A stretch of DNA of 64,000 nucleotides from an uncultured Gemmatimonadales bacterium (GCA_963695555.1 CAVOGR010000007.1:480001-544000); one strand, 5' to 3'; positions 36,835 to 46,261 are shown, numbered from the stretch's first letter. Program-made: numbers and translations. The notes: generated by a model not told the origin, from the sequence alone.

Positions 36835-38177
36835 CGGGCCCTCACCTGATAGGTCAGCGTTGTCTCGCCTTTGGCCGGAACCGGCACCCGGAATCGGGTC
36901 ACGGTGGAGGATACTTTCTCGGCCGGCAGGGAACTCGCGAGTATCGACCATTCCCCAAAGCGTTCCTCCAACACATCGACCGTCACGGCTTGGTCGGTCG
37001 CATTGGCCAACGTCACTTCGTAGTCCGCCGTGGCAACCGTGTAGCGGCCCTGCCTGACCGTGGTGTAGCTGGTCTGGACCCGCTTGGCCGTAATATCAAA
37101 CGCGAGTCCCGCTGATACCGCGACATCGCGGCCCGCCGGCGTATGATCGACGTTGGCCTCGCCAACCAGCTGCAGCCGCCCGCCTTCATCGGCCTGATAG
37201 AGTCGGATCACGCCACCGGGGAGCGGCGTATCACCGAACTCGCTGCCGCTCCTCCGGTCGATCCGGTATCGCACCTCGACCGGTGACTGGGGCTCCTCGC
37301 CGGTCTGTACCAGGGGGCCACGGTACGGCAGGAACCCGCGCACGACGTAGCGTCGCTCGTACCCTGTCGTCGCGGGCTCGAATAGCGCCCTCGATGCCTC
37401 GATTCCCGGCGTCAAGTTCAGTGTTCCGGGCAGGGTGTAGAGATGGAACTCGCCCACCCGCTCCTCGGTCGCAACGCCGGCCACCGTCATCTCCGCTATC
37501 GCGCTCACGTTTCGCCGAAACCGGCCCTCGTCCCGCATCTGAGCCGCGCGACCCACCGAGCCCGCCAGCAGCTGAACCGATGCTCCTTCGACATTCAATC
37601 GGTCGACCGCAACCACGGCCGACCCCTGCACCCGAGCCGCCTTGGCGCCGAGGATCACCTGGTAGCTGGCCTGCCACGATCCGCCCGACGTGAAGTAGCC
37701 CAGATCGAATCCCTCTCTGGCACGCCGGCTCTCGACGCTCAGGGACACGACCGGATCGACCACTACCAAGTCGCGGGGAAACTGCGGCGTCCCCGGCATG
37801 CTGAACGTCACCGTGCCGTCAGGCATTTCGTAGCGCTCGGGATCGACCGCCAGCACCTTGGCGCTCACCGTGTCTTTCACACCCCCGTAGCGAAAGGTGA
37901 TGCGCCGTCCGATGGAACGCCGGAGCACGCTCTGCATGTCGGTCGCGCCGTCGTAGCTCGCGGCGGTGATCGATACCACCGAATCACGCGAAAACAGGGT
38001 GGCGAGGTCGAGCGCGCCGAGTTCGAGGCGATGCGTGGAGGGGCCGCGCGGCACCCGCGCGGGAATCGATCGGCGCACCAGGACGCGGCCGTCGTTGTAA
38101 ATGGTGAGACTCGGGGCCTGGGCCACGGCTGGGGCGGCCAAAGTACAAGCACCGATCAGGGCGGTAAGCAGTCTCAT
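36828..38177 (-). CDS. Secreted DUF4139/DUF4140-like protein
   Basis: Signal peptide; LTIYNDGRVLVR, FHLYTL, PLPGGVIRLY, LVGE..VDHTP. Confidence 0.82.
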   Translation of the reverse strand: MRLLTALIGACTLAAPAVAQAPSLTIYNDGRVLVRRSIPARVPRGPSTHRLELGALDLATLFSRDSVVSITAASYDGATDMQSVLRRSIGRRITFRYGGVKDTVSAKVLAVDPERYEMPDGTVTFSMPGTPQFPRDLVVVDPVVSLSVESRRAREGFDLGYFTSGGSWQASYQVILGAKAARVQGSAVVAVDRLNVEGASVQLLAGSVGRAAQMRDEGRFRRNVSAIAEMTVAGVATEERVGEFHLYTLPGTLNLTPGIEASRALFEPATTGYERRYVVRGFLPYRGPLVQTGEEPQSPVEVRYRIDRRSGSEFGDTPLPGGVIRLYQADEGGRLQLVGEANVDHTPAGRDVAVSAGLAFDITAKRVQTSYTTVRQGRYTVATADYEVTLANATDQAVTVDVLEERFGEWSILASSLPAEKVSSTVTRFRVPVPAKGETTLTYQVRARW

Positions 38178-38473
38178 TTGAAGGCCTCGAATGCAACACG
38201 GGAGATGATGCGGTACATGATGATGTACGTCGCCGCCACGGCGATCACGCCGTAGATCTGGGGCAGCGCGGACGCGCCGCCGCGCGGAATCCGCACCCAT
38301 ACATAGACAGCCATGAGCAAGGTCGCCACCAGTGCTCCACGGCGGGCGATCGTGTTGGACCGCGCTTGGATCTCGTCGCGGCAGAAGACGCAGACGTCAC
38401 CCAACACGGCGCTCGCATCCTTCCGGCCGCATTTGGGGCACGGAATCTCAGGCAACCCACTTGGCGACGGCAT
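38174..38473 (-). CDS. Small zinc-ribbon protein with two TM helices (start uncertain, 38473 or 38455)
   Basis: CPKC...CVFC then two hydrophobic helices; TGA overlaps the next ATG. Confidence 0.65.
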   Translation of the reverse strand: MPSPSGLPEIPCPKCGRKDASAVLGDVCVFCRDEIQARSNTIARRGALVATLLMAVYVWVRIPRGGASALPQIYGVIAVAATYIIMYRIISRVAFEAFK

Positions 38474-39464
38474 CGCCAAACTCCTTGGTTGTGGCGGTAC
38501 CGCCCAGGTCACGGGTGCGGATGCCGTCCTCGACCAGGGTCCGCTGGATCGAGCGGCGGATTCGGTCGCCGGCGTCCTTCTCGCCGAGGTGATCGAGCAT
38601 CATGGCAGCGGCCAGCATCTGGGCGGCCGGGTTGGCGACGCCTTTCCCCGCGATGTCGGGCGCGCTGCCGTGCACCGCCTCGAAGATTGCGGCCTTGGTC
38701 CCGATGTTGGCACCCGGGGCCAGGCCCAGGCCGCCGACCAGCCCGGAAGCCAGGTCGCTCAGGATGTCGCCGAACATGTTGGTGGTCACGATCACATCGA
38801 ACTGCTCAGGGCGGAGCACCATCTGCATGGCGGTGTTGTCGATGATCAGATCGTTGACCTCGACCCGCCCGGCATAGTCTTTCGCGATGTCGCGGCCGAC
38901 GTCGAGGAAGAGGCCGCTTACCATCTTGAGGATGTTGGCCTTGTGAACGATGGTGACCAACTTCCGGCCTGTCTTGACGGCATACTCGAAGGTGTAGCGC
39001 AGAACACGCTCGCATCCTTCACGCGTGAGGATGGCAATCGACTCCGCAACGGCCCGGGGGTCATCGCCCACCTGCACATAGTGCTCGACGCCCACGTAGA
39101 GCCCCTCGAGATTCTCCCGTACCAAGACCAGGTCGATGTGGTCGAACCGGCCACCCGGCAACACGCTCTTGGTGGGCCGCACGTTGGCGAACAGCTTGAA
39201 TTCCTTCCGAAGAGCCACGTTGACCGAGCGGAATCCAGTACCCACCGGCGTTGTGAGCGGGCCTTTGAGCGCAATCCGGTGCTGATGAATGCTCTCGAGC
39301 ATGGCATCGGGAATCGGGGTGCCCATGGTTTCGAGCGCGGCAATGCCGGCAATCTGCTCGTCCCAGGCAAAGGGCACGCCGGTGGCCTGCAGCACCTTGA
39401 TGGTCTGGGCTGTGATCTCGGGCCCGATCCCATCCCCGGGAATCAAGGTGACGGTGTAGGTCAC
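38448..39464 (-). CDS. icd: Isocitrate/isopropylmalate dehydrogenase family enzyme, probably NAD-dependent isocitrate dehydrogenase
   Basis: [20 protein letters not shown] (SxN isocitrate-type), [24 protein letters not shown]. Confidence 0.8.
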   Translation of the reverse strand: MTYTVTLIPGDGIGPEITAQTIKVLQATGVPFAWDEQIAGIAALETMGTPIPDAMLESIHQHRIALKGPLTTPVGTGFRSVNVALRKEFKLFANVRPTKSVLPGGRFDHIDLVLVRENLEGLYVGVEHYVQVGDDPRAVAESIAILTREGCERVLRYTFEYAVKTGRKLVTIVHKANILKMVSGLFLDVGRDIAKDYAGRVEVNDLIIDNTAMQMVLRPEQFDVIVTTNMFGDILSDLASGLVGGLGLAPGANIGTKAAIFEAVHGSAPDIAGKGVANPAAQMLAAAMMLDHLGEKDAGDRIRRSIQRTLVEDGIRTRDLGGTATTKEFGDAVAKWVA

Positions 39465-40108
39465 GGCTCCATCCCCCGAATCGGTAGCATGGCATCCATG
39501 GCCGCTTCGAGCGCCGCCACCGGTGTGCCGGCCTGGGCGTGTGCAATGGTGCGCCACAAGATCTGGCCCGATCGCGCGTCGACCAGCACGATACTCAGCT
39601 CGGCCCGGACCACACCCGGCTCGGGTTGTTTGAACATGAGAGCCGCGGGGACGAGCGCGTGCCGGCCGCCGGAGATCGCCACGAGCGTCCGCAAGTGCGA
39701 GCGGAACGGATCGGGAATGACCTCGAGCCTGGGGGCACGCATCACGGCCTGCCCCATCTTGTCGGGATCGGTGACGACGCCCGGGGAACGGCGGGCGATG
39801 GCGCGCAGGTCGGGTGGGAGTTTCCAGTCCACTTCCGGCGACCTCGCCGTGAGCTTCTCGCCCACGATCGAATCGGCCCAGTTCAGGAGCACGGTCCGGT
39901 TGCGGAACAACTCACCGCTCGAGAGGGTCGAGTCGGCCACGATCAGGGTCAGGGGCAGGACAGCGATGGATTGTCCGGCGAGCGACTCGGTCCCGAGCCC
40001 AATGGTCGGCGGGAGGGAGTCGGCCGGCGCCGGTGTTGTCTCGGAGCGTTGCCCGCCACCGCAACCCACGGCCACGAGGAGCGCTGGGTAGAGCAATTTC
40101 TGGTTCAC
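39461..40108 (-). CDS. Putative lipoprotein
   Basis: GTG start, lipobox-like LLVAVGC; stop overlaps the icd start. Confidence 0.7.
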   Translation of the reverse strand: MNQKLLYPALLVAVGCGGGQRSETTPAPADSLPPTIGLGTESLAGQSIAVLPLTLIVADSTLSSGELFRNRTVLLNWADSIVGEKLTARSPEVDWKLPPDLRAIARRSPGVVTDPDKMGQAVMRAPRLEVIPDPFRSHLRTLVAISGGRHALVPAALMFKQPEPGVVRAELSIVLVDARSGQILWRTIAHAQAGTPVAALEAAMDAMLPIRGMEP

Positions 40109-40157
40109 GGATCCCCGGCAGCTGAATGAAGTGGGCCGGCCCCAAGAAAGGGCCACC

Positions 40158-40174
40158 GTAACTCATGAAGTTAC
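40158..40174. promoter_or_regulatory. Palindrome GTAACT-N5-AGTTAC, possible operator
   Basis: AT-rich perfect inverted repeat 50 nt upstream of the lipoprotein-icd operon. Confidence 0.4.
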
Positions 40175-40181
40175 AACATGT

Positions 40182-40344
40182 TCGTTCGGGGCAGCAGGGC
40201 TCTCGCCGCCGCAATGCGAAGCGGCCCGGAACCTAATCTCGGCGGGGGTGGATTCAAGATGGGGCGATGCTGGTCCCCACATCTCGCACCGAGAGAACGG
40301 GAGGCATGCCGGTCCACGACTGGTGCCCCACCAAAGAAGAACGA
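40182..40344. ncRNA. Candidate structured non-coding RNA (rod-like, family unassigned)
   Basis: Nested complementary segments across the intergenic region; see findings. Confidence 0.5.
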
Positions 40345-40392
40345 GCGGCTGTCTCGGCCGCCCGCTCATTCGAGGTAAGCCACCGGCGGAGC

Positions 40393-41244
40393 CTACCCGA
40401 GCGACATCCCACCGTCCACCACCAGCGTCTGGCCGGTAATGTGGCGCGCCTCCTCCGAACACAGAAAGGCGATCACCCGGGCGATGTCCTCGGGATCGGC
40501 CAGGCGGCCGAGCACCGACTTCTTCTGGGAACGCTCGACCACGTCCGAGGGCAAGAGCTCCATCCGCTCGGTGCGGATGAATCCGGGAGCCACTGCGTTC
40601 ACGTTCACGTTGGCCGATCCGAGATCGACGGCCGCGGCACGAGTCAGCCCCTCCACCGCGGCCTTGCTCGCGGCGTAGTTGGCCACACCAAACCCCGGAC
40701 GCTCTGCCGTGTGCGCGCTCACGCTCACGACTTTGCCGTAGCGCTGCACTCGGAAGTGCGGCGCCACGGCACGGATACAGTTGAAGGCGCCGGTGACGTT
40801 GGTGTCGAGCACCTCCGACCAGGCGCGCTCGGTCAACCGCCAGAGCGCCCCATCGACTGCGATGCCGGCGTTATTGACCAGGTAATGGAGTCCGCCCAGC
40901 CGGGCGATGGTCTCATTGACGAAGTGTTCGACCGCCAACCGGTCGCGCACGTCGCAGCGACAGGCGTAGACCTCAACACCCATGCCTGAGAGCGACGTCT
41001 CGGTGAGTAACGCCTGCTCGGTGACATCTCGGCCGGGGAGGTCGACAAAGCAGAAAGCCACCTTCGCGCCACGGCGGCCGAGTTCCATCGCGATCGAGCG
41101 GCCAAGGCCGGTGGCTCCGCCGGTCACGATGGCCACTTTGCCGCGGTAGCCCTCGGCGATGGGCTGAGGCTGGGGTTCCTCGAGCGCGGCCTCGCCGGTG
41201 TGTTCCCAGGCCGGGGAGGTGTTGAACTTCTCGGAGAAGGACAT
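40393..41244 (-). CDS. SDR oxidoreductase (FabG-like)
   Basis: TGGATGLG, NNAGI, YAASK, NAVAPG, ITGQTLVVDGG. Confidence 0.92.
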   Translation of the reverse strand: MSFSEKFNTSPAWEHTGEAALEEPQPQPIAEGYRGKVAIVTGGATGLGRSIAMELGRRGAKVAFCFVDLPGRDVTEQALLTETSLSGMGVEVYACRCDVRDRLAVEHFVNETIARLGGLHYLVNNAGIAVDGALWRLTERAWSEVLDTNVTGAFNCIRAVAPHFRVQRYGKVVSVSAHTAERPGFGVANYAASKAAVEGLTRAAAVDLGSANVNVNAVAPGFIRTERMELLPSDVVERSQKKSVLGRLADPEDIARVIAFLCSEEARHITGQTLVVDGGMSLG

Positions 41245-41304
41245 GTGAAGGACCAACCTACCGGCCGCACCGGCCGGCGGCAAGCCGAGCCGGGCGGGCT
41301 GCCC

Positions 41305-42930
41305 TCAGCCTTCCAGCCCCATCCCCCACGCGGCCAGGGAGATGGGCAGGCCGCCGTAACTCAGGAGCTGGTCGTGGAATGCGCGCGGCGAGTACCGGGC
41401 GGCGCCGGTACGCTGGCGGTAGGCTGCCCGAAGCTGTTGGATCTCCCGGCGCCCCACCGCATAGCATAGCTGGTAGGTCGGCCACGCACAGTACCGGCGT
41501 ACCTCCCGTTCCGCGCTCACCCGGTCGATGGGCAGGTGCTCCACCAGGTAGCTCACGGCCTCGTCCGGCGTCATCCCGCGCGTGTGGAGCCCCACATCCA
41601 GAATCACCCGGATGGCCCGCCACAGGAGATGGACCTGCTGGAACAGTCGCTCCTCGGGGGTACGATAGAACCCTTCCTCGCCCATCATCTCCTCGCAATA
41701 GAGGGCCCAGCCCTCCACCATGATGGGCGTCCAGCAGAAACGGCGAACCGAGGATTCGAGCGAGTGGGCGGTCAGCAACTGCAGGTGATGGCCGGGATAC
41801 CCCTCATGCACCGTGGTGGCGGTCAATTCGTGGACGCAGTGCTCGCGGAGCATGCGGTCCACCGTGTCGGGCGATCCGCCGCCGTTGGGCACCGTGACGA
41901 AGAAGTATCCGGTCCGGCCGGCCATGAGCTGGCCCGGCGGCTGATATGCCGCAAAGGGCACGATGGGCACCATAAAGGGCGGCGTCCGTACCAAATCGAG
42001 TGACCCCGTCGGTACCGTGGCCAGATCTCGATCGCGCACGAAGGCCAGCGCACGATCCAAGGATGCTTGATATGCGCCGAGCAGTCCGTCCGCCCCGGGA
42101 TGATCTTCCCGCAAACGGTTCACCAGGTCCCGCCACGGCACCGACGCGTCGATGGCGCGCGCCTGGCGTTCGATTTCCGCCGTGACTTCTTCCTCGAGAC
42201 GGAGTCCATAGCGCCATAACTCGGGCGCGGTGTTCCGCAGGGCGTGCTCGTGATGCAGTCGCCGGTCGAACTGTTCCTCCCCGACCGCAAAGAACAGAAG
42301 ATCGGGGTGAGCCTGCAGCTCGGTCTCGAGCGCCAGGCCAAATCGGGCCACTCGCTCATCCGCGTCGGCGGCCGCCGACGCGAGGTCGTCCGCCAAGGCC
42401 GGGACCGACCCACTCAAGGTCTCCGCCGCGGTTCGGAGTAAGAGCCGCGCTCCGGGTATCGTCTGAGTGGCGGACTCGATAAAGACCGATGGGGGCTCGC
42501 ACAGCGTCTCTTGGGCCGCATCGAGAAACTGGGGCACCTCCCGGAGCCGAGCCAGCACCGCGCGCGCGCGATGGTCGACACTCGACTCGGCCCGAACCAG
42601 GAGTGTGTAGATGGCGGAACAAAGATGAGACAGCCAGAACTGCGGGTTGCGGACGTGGGGCTGTTCGTGCTGCAACCGGAGAATCAGGACGCGGATGTCG
42701 CCCAGCAGCGCGGTCCGGTCGATCTCGTCCTGGAGCGACTCGACTTCGAGATCCTCGACTGCGCCGGCCATGGCACGAAACGCAGCCAGATGCCGGCCGA
42801 TGGATTCGACATCGAAAGCGCCGAGCCGACTATCGTGGTCGGTCGTGCCCGCGGCGGTCGCGGATGCCGGGTCGTAGTGCCACCGCAGATCGAGGTATGA
42901 CCGGCAGAGCGCCTCAGTTGCTGGCGGCAT
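41305..42930 (-). CDS. DUF885 family protein (no signal peptide)
   Basis: HEGYPGHHLQ, EGWALYCE, RVILDVGLH, EVRRYCAWPTY. Confidence 0.9.
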   Translation of the reverse strand: MPPATEALCRSYLDLRWHYDPASATAAGTTDHDSRLGAFDVESIGRHLAAFRAMAGAVEDLEVESLQDEIDRTALLGDIRVLILRLQHEQPHVRNPQFWLSHLCSAIYTLLVRAESSVDHRARAVLARLREVPQFLDAAQETLCEPPSVFIESATQTIPGARLLLRTAAETLSGSVPALADDLASAAADADERVARFGLALETELQAHPDLLFFAVGEEQFDRRLHHEHALRNTAPELWRYGLRLEEEVTAEIERQARAIDASVPWRDLVNRLREDHPGADGLLGAYQASLDRALAFVRDRDLATVPTGSLDLVRTPPFMVPIVPFAAYQPPGQLMAGRTGYFFVTVPNGGGSPDTVDRMLREHCVHELTATTVHEGYPGHHLQLLTAHSLESSVRRFCWTPIMVEGWALYCEEMMGEEGFYRTPEERLFQQVHLLWRAIRVILDVGLHTRGMTPDEAVSYLVEHLPIDRVSAEREVRRYCAWPTYQLCYAVGRREIQQLRAAYRQRTGAARYSPRAFHDQLLSYGGLPISLAAWGMGLEG

Positions 42931-44176
42931 CGATTGCCCTCTCGCCGTGGGCTCGGGCAACGAGACGGTGGCATTCCTCCTCACTGAGGAGCCGGTCGGC
43001 ACGCTTGGCCGCCTGGAAGAGGGCGTCACAGGCGGCCTGATCGGCGGGGTCGTAGCCATGATCCTTGAGCCAGACCTTCACATTGGACAGGCCCGACACG
43101 GCGGAGATCTCGATCCGCTGCTTGAGGCCGAATATGCCGGCCGGAATCGACGAATAGACCCGGTCCACCAGCCACGTATCGCCCTTTTCCATGGCCTTCA
43201 TGATGGCGGAGGCATGGACGCCGGTGGCGGTGCGGAACGCGTCCTCCCCGACGACCGGGTAATTGGCCGGGATGGGCACGCCGGTGGCCTCCGAGACGAC
43301 CTGACAGTACTCGAGGAGCTTGGACAGGTCTCCGTCGTGGGCGCCGAGGAGGTAGAGGTTGACGATGAGCAGGTCCATCTCGGCGTTCCCGACTCGTTCC
43401 CCGATACCGAGCGCCGTCGCGTGGACGCGGTCGGCACCTGCCTCGATCGCGGCGAGGCAGTTGGCGATGCCGAGGCCGCGGTCGCGATGGCCGTGCCAAT
43501 CGATCTTCACCTCTTGGCCCGTGGGGGCGATGATCTCGTCGCGCGCGTATCGGACCAGGTGCCGCACCCCGTTGGGCGAGGCGTGGCCGGTGGTATCGGA
43601 CAGGCAAATGCGACGCGCACCGCAGCCGATGGCTGCTTGGTACAGCGTCTTGAGCGTCTCCGGCCGGGCCCGCGTCGTGTCTTCGGTCACATACATGACC
43701 CTGAGCCCATGGGACACCGCGAAGGTCACCGCTTCTTCGGTGGCGCGGAGCATCTTCTCCATGGTCCAATCCTCGGCGTACTGCCGGATGGCGGAGGACC
43801 CGATGAAGGTTGCCGCCTCGATCGACAAGCCGACTTCTTGGGATACGGTGACGATCGGCTCGATATCCGCGACCACCGTGCGGGCGGCGCAGTTGGGATC
43901 GATGGGAAGCTTGGCGTCGACGATTTCCCGGGCCAGCGCCCGCACCTGGTCTACAACTCGCGGGCCCGCGCCCGGCAAGCCGATGTCGGCCGCCCGGATG
44001 CCCAGATCGGCCATGAGATGCAGCAGACGGAGCTTGGCGGACATGGGCGGGTCGATGACCGAGGGGCTTTGGAGCCCGTCTCGGAGCGATTCGTCGTTGA
44101 GCACGAAGGACGCGCTCCGATAGTCGAACGCGCTGCCTAGGCTGTTCCAATCGTAGATGAGGTCGTTCTGGTCCAT
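42914..44176 (-). CDS. LeuA-family DRE-TIM acyltransferase without regulatory domain (isopropylmalate/homocitrate/Re-citrate synthase-like)
   Basis: DESLRDGLQ, EDTTR, SDTTG, HGHRDRGL, GIGERVGN, TGVHA; 420 aa. Confidence 0.85.
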   Translation of the reverse strand: MDQNDLIYDWNSLGSAFDYRSASFVLNDESLRDGLQSPSVIDPPMSAKLRLLHLMADLGIRAADIGLPGAGPRVVDQVRALAREIVDAKLPIDPNCAARTVVADIEPIVTVSQEVGLSIEAATFIGSSAIRQYAEDWTMEKMLRATEEAVTFAVSHGLRVMYVTEDTTRARPETLKTLYQAAIGCGARRICLSDTTGHASPNGVRHLVRYARDEIIAPTGQEVKIDWHGHRDRGLGIANCLAAIEAGADRVHATALGIGERVGNAEMDLLIVNLYLLGAHDGDLSKLLEYCQVVSEATGVPIPANYPVVGEDAFRTATGVHASAIMKAMEKGDTWLVDRVYSSIPAGIFGLKQRIEISAVSGLSNVKVWLKDHGYDPADQAACDALFQAAKRADRLLSEEECHRLVARAHGERAIDAASN

Positions 44177-44227
44177 GGCTGTACGTTCACCGCAAAACGG
44201 AGGTAGGTCAAGCAAGAGGTCCGGCGG

Positions 44228-45208
44228 CTAGCGATGCCCCCGAACGAGCGAATCGGCCGCAATGCTGACGGACCCGGTGACTCCTTCGACCACCGCCCGG
44301 TCACCGATCATGGACGCCTCGACCGTGGCACCGCGGAGGCGGGCATCGCGGCCGATAATGGTATTGGCAATGGTGCTGTCGTGGATCCGGGTGCCCGCCT
44401 CCACGCTGACGTTCGGCCCGACGACACTCCGCTCGATCACGACGCCCTCTTCGATGTAGACCGGATCGATAACGGTGACCCCGGGAAACTCACCTCGGCG
44501 AGCACCACCCGCGCTCAGGAGCGTCGCGTTGGTCTCGAGCAGGGTCTCGAGTTTGCCGCAATCGTACCAGCCGCCCACTGCCGCCGTCCGGATCTTCTTG
44601 CCCCGCTCGATCATCCACTGGAACGCGTCGGTAAGGAAGTACTCGCCCAGATTGGGTGCGGCGGCGAGGGTGTGATCGATGCCCTGCCACAGACTCTCGA
44701 CATCGTGGATGTAGTAGAGTCCGATGTTGGCCAGCTTCGAGATCGGCTCCGACGGCTTTTCCACGATCCGGGTCATATACCCCTCGGCATCGGTTACCAC
44801 TACCCCGAACCGCTGGTAATCCTCGACTTCCTTGGCCCAGATGATCCCATCGGCCCGGGTCCGGTTGATAACCGTCAAGTCCGCATCGAACACCGTGTCC
44901 ACGAAGATGACGAGCATGGGACCCGTGATGAACGGACGCGCCAGGTTGACGGCGCCCGCGGTCCCATCCTGGACCCGCTGCTCGACGAACCGGGCGGGGA
45001 TGCCGTAGCGCTCGGTCGCGTAGCGCTCGACCTCTTCCTTGAGGTGGCCGGTGATGAAAATTAACTCGGACACATCGAGCCCCTCGAGCCGGTCCATGAC
45101 CCAATCCATCACGGGCCGGCCCGCGACCTTGAGAAGGGGCTTGGGCACGTGGTAGGTGTGAGGGCGCAGACGCGTGCCCTTGCCGGCGAGCGGAATGACG
45201 ACTTGCAT
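44228..45208 (-). CDS. Sugar-phosphate nucleotidyltransferase with C-terminal left-handed beta-helix
   Basis: PLAGKGTRLRP, PKPL, RFGVV, VEKP, WYDCG, hexapeptide repeats. Confidence 0.92.
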   Translation of the reverse strand: MQVVIPLAGKGTRLRPHTYHVPKPLLKVAGRPVMDWVMDRLEGLDVSELIFITGHLKEEVERYATERYGIPARFVEQRVQDGTAGAVNLARPFITGPMLVIFVDTVFDADLTVINRTRADGIIWAKEVEDYQRFGVVVTDAEGYMTRIVEKPSEPISKLANIGLYYIHDVESLWQGIDHTLAAAPNLGEYFLTDAFQWMIERGKKIRTAAVGGWYDCGKLETLLETNATLLSAGGARRGEFPGVTVIDPVYIEEGVVIERSVVGPNVSVEAGTRIHDSTIANTIIGRDARLRGATVEASMIGDRAVVEGVTGSVSIAADSLVRGHR

Positions 45209-45561
45209 CAGGGAATCCTTCCGTAGCGGTCTTCCAGGCGGACCAGGTCGTCCAGTTCCGGGGTCGACGCTTCCAGGACGTCGCTGTCTTCGACCGCCTC
45301 GATCTGGTGGATCAGACCAGGCGGAATATGGGCGCTCTCTCCCGCCTCGAAGGAGCGGGTCACCATCTTGTCGCCCTCGCGGATGCGTAACAGCAGCTGC
45401 CCCGAGAGCACGTACATGGTTTCGTCCTTCTTATTATGGTATTGCAGGCTCAGGATGTGCCCGGCCCGGACGTGCAGGATCTTCCCGACGTACCGGTCGG
45501 TCTGTGCCCAGATCAGCTCGTACCCCCAAGGTTTATCGACCCGGTATGGCAGCTCGGCCAT
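45208..45561 (-). CDS. Cupin (mannose-6-phosphate isomerase type II C-terminal-like)
   Basis: VDKPWGYE, LSLQYH..KDET, EASTPELDDLVRLEDRYGR. Confidence 0.88.
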   Translation of the reverse strand: MAELPYRVDKPWGYELIWAQTDRYVGKILHVRAGHILSLQYHNKKDETMYVLSGQLLLRIREGDKMVTRSFEAGESAHIPPGLIHQIEAVEDSDVLEASTPELDDLVRLEDRYGRIP

Positions 45562-46133
45562 CAATCCTCCAGCGGCAAGAGTATAAAGGCCGATGGCAGC
45601 GCCACACAGGCCCGGACGCAGACCCCACAGCCCACACAGCCCTCCGCCCGGATCGCCGGGTGGCCGTTCTCGTCCATTACCAGCGCCTCTTCTCCCACAG
45701 GACAGGCATCGGCACAGACCCGGCAGGGGGACCCATGATAGGTAATGCACCGGTTGGGATACAGCTCTAGCGTGCCGAGCTTGAAACCATCCCAGCCATG
45801 CTCGGGCACCGTCAGCGCCTCGGTCGGACAGGCCCGGGCACAGGGCATGTCCGGGCAGACGATACAGGGTTCCCGATACACGTCGATGTGCGGGGTTCCG
45901 GCTGCCAATCCGCCGTCGGTGCCCACCTTGATGATCGCCTTGGGCGGGCACACGTCGATGCAATCGCCGCACCGCGTGCAGGCGGCCAGGAACCCCACCT
46001 CGGGCAGGGCGCCGGGAGGCCGCACGTAGCGGCGGCCGACTACCCGGCCTTCCGCCTGGTCCATGAGTCGTTCGACCCAATCGCCGATCGCGTCCCGGAA
46101 GAAATCGCGCCGGGTGCCGGGCTTGAACTTCAT
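45561..46133 (-). CDS. NapF/NapG/MauM-like 4x[4Fe-4S] ferredoxin
   Basis: RPPGA, four Cys clusters (CTRCGDC..CP, CIVC..C..CP, C..CRVC..CP, CVGCGVC..C). Confidence 0.88.
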   Translation of the reverse strand: MKFKPGTRRDFFRDAIGDWVERLMDQAEGRVVGRRYVRPPGALPEVGFLAACTRCGDCIDVCPPKAIIKVGTDGGLAAGTPHIDVYREPCIVCPDMPCARACPTEALTVPEHGWDGFKLGTLELYPNRCITYHGSPCRVCADACPVGEEALVMDENGHPAIRAEGCVGCGVCVRACVALPSAFILLPLED

Positions 46134-46261
46134 GGGCCGCCCTCCGAGCGACACTGGCGGTGCAATACGTTCACGTAGAATTCCGACTCGGAGCAAGACG
46201 TCCCGCGGATCTCAGATCCACGAACCAACCGGCTCGGGTGCACCCGGACAATCTACTCGGG

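Noticed and set aside
38313..40091. 592-aa plus-strand ORF
   Set aside because: Antisense shadow of icd and the lipoprotein gene
40188..40333. Canonical tRNA or tmRNA (GGGGC...ACCA)
   Set aside because: 146 nt long, with no TTC T-loop, no G3-U70 pair and no tag ORF; kept only as an unassigned ncRNA candidate
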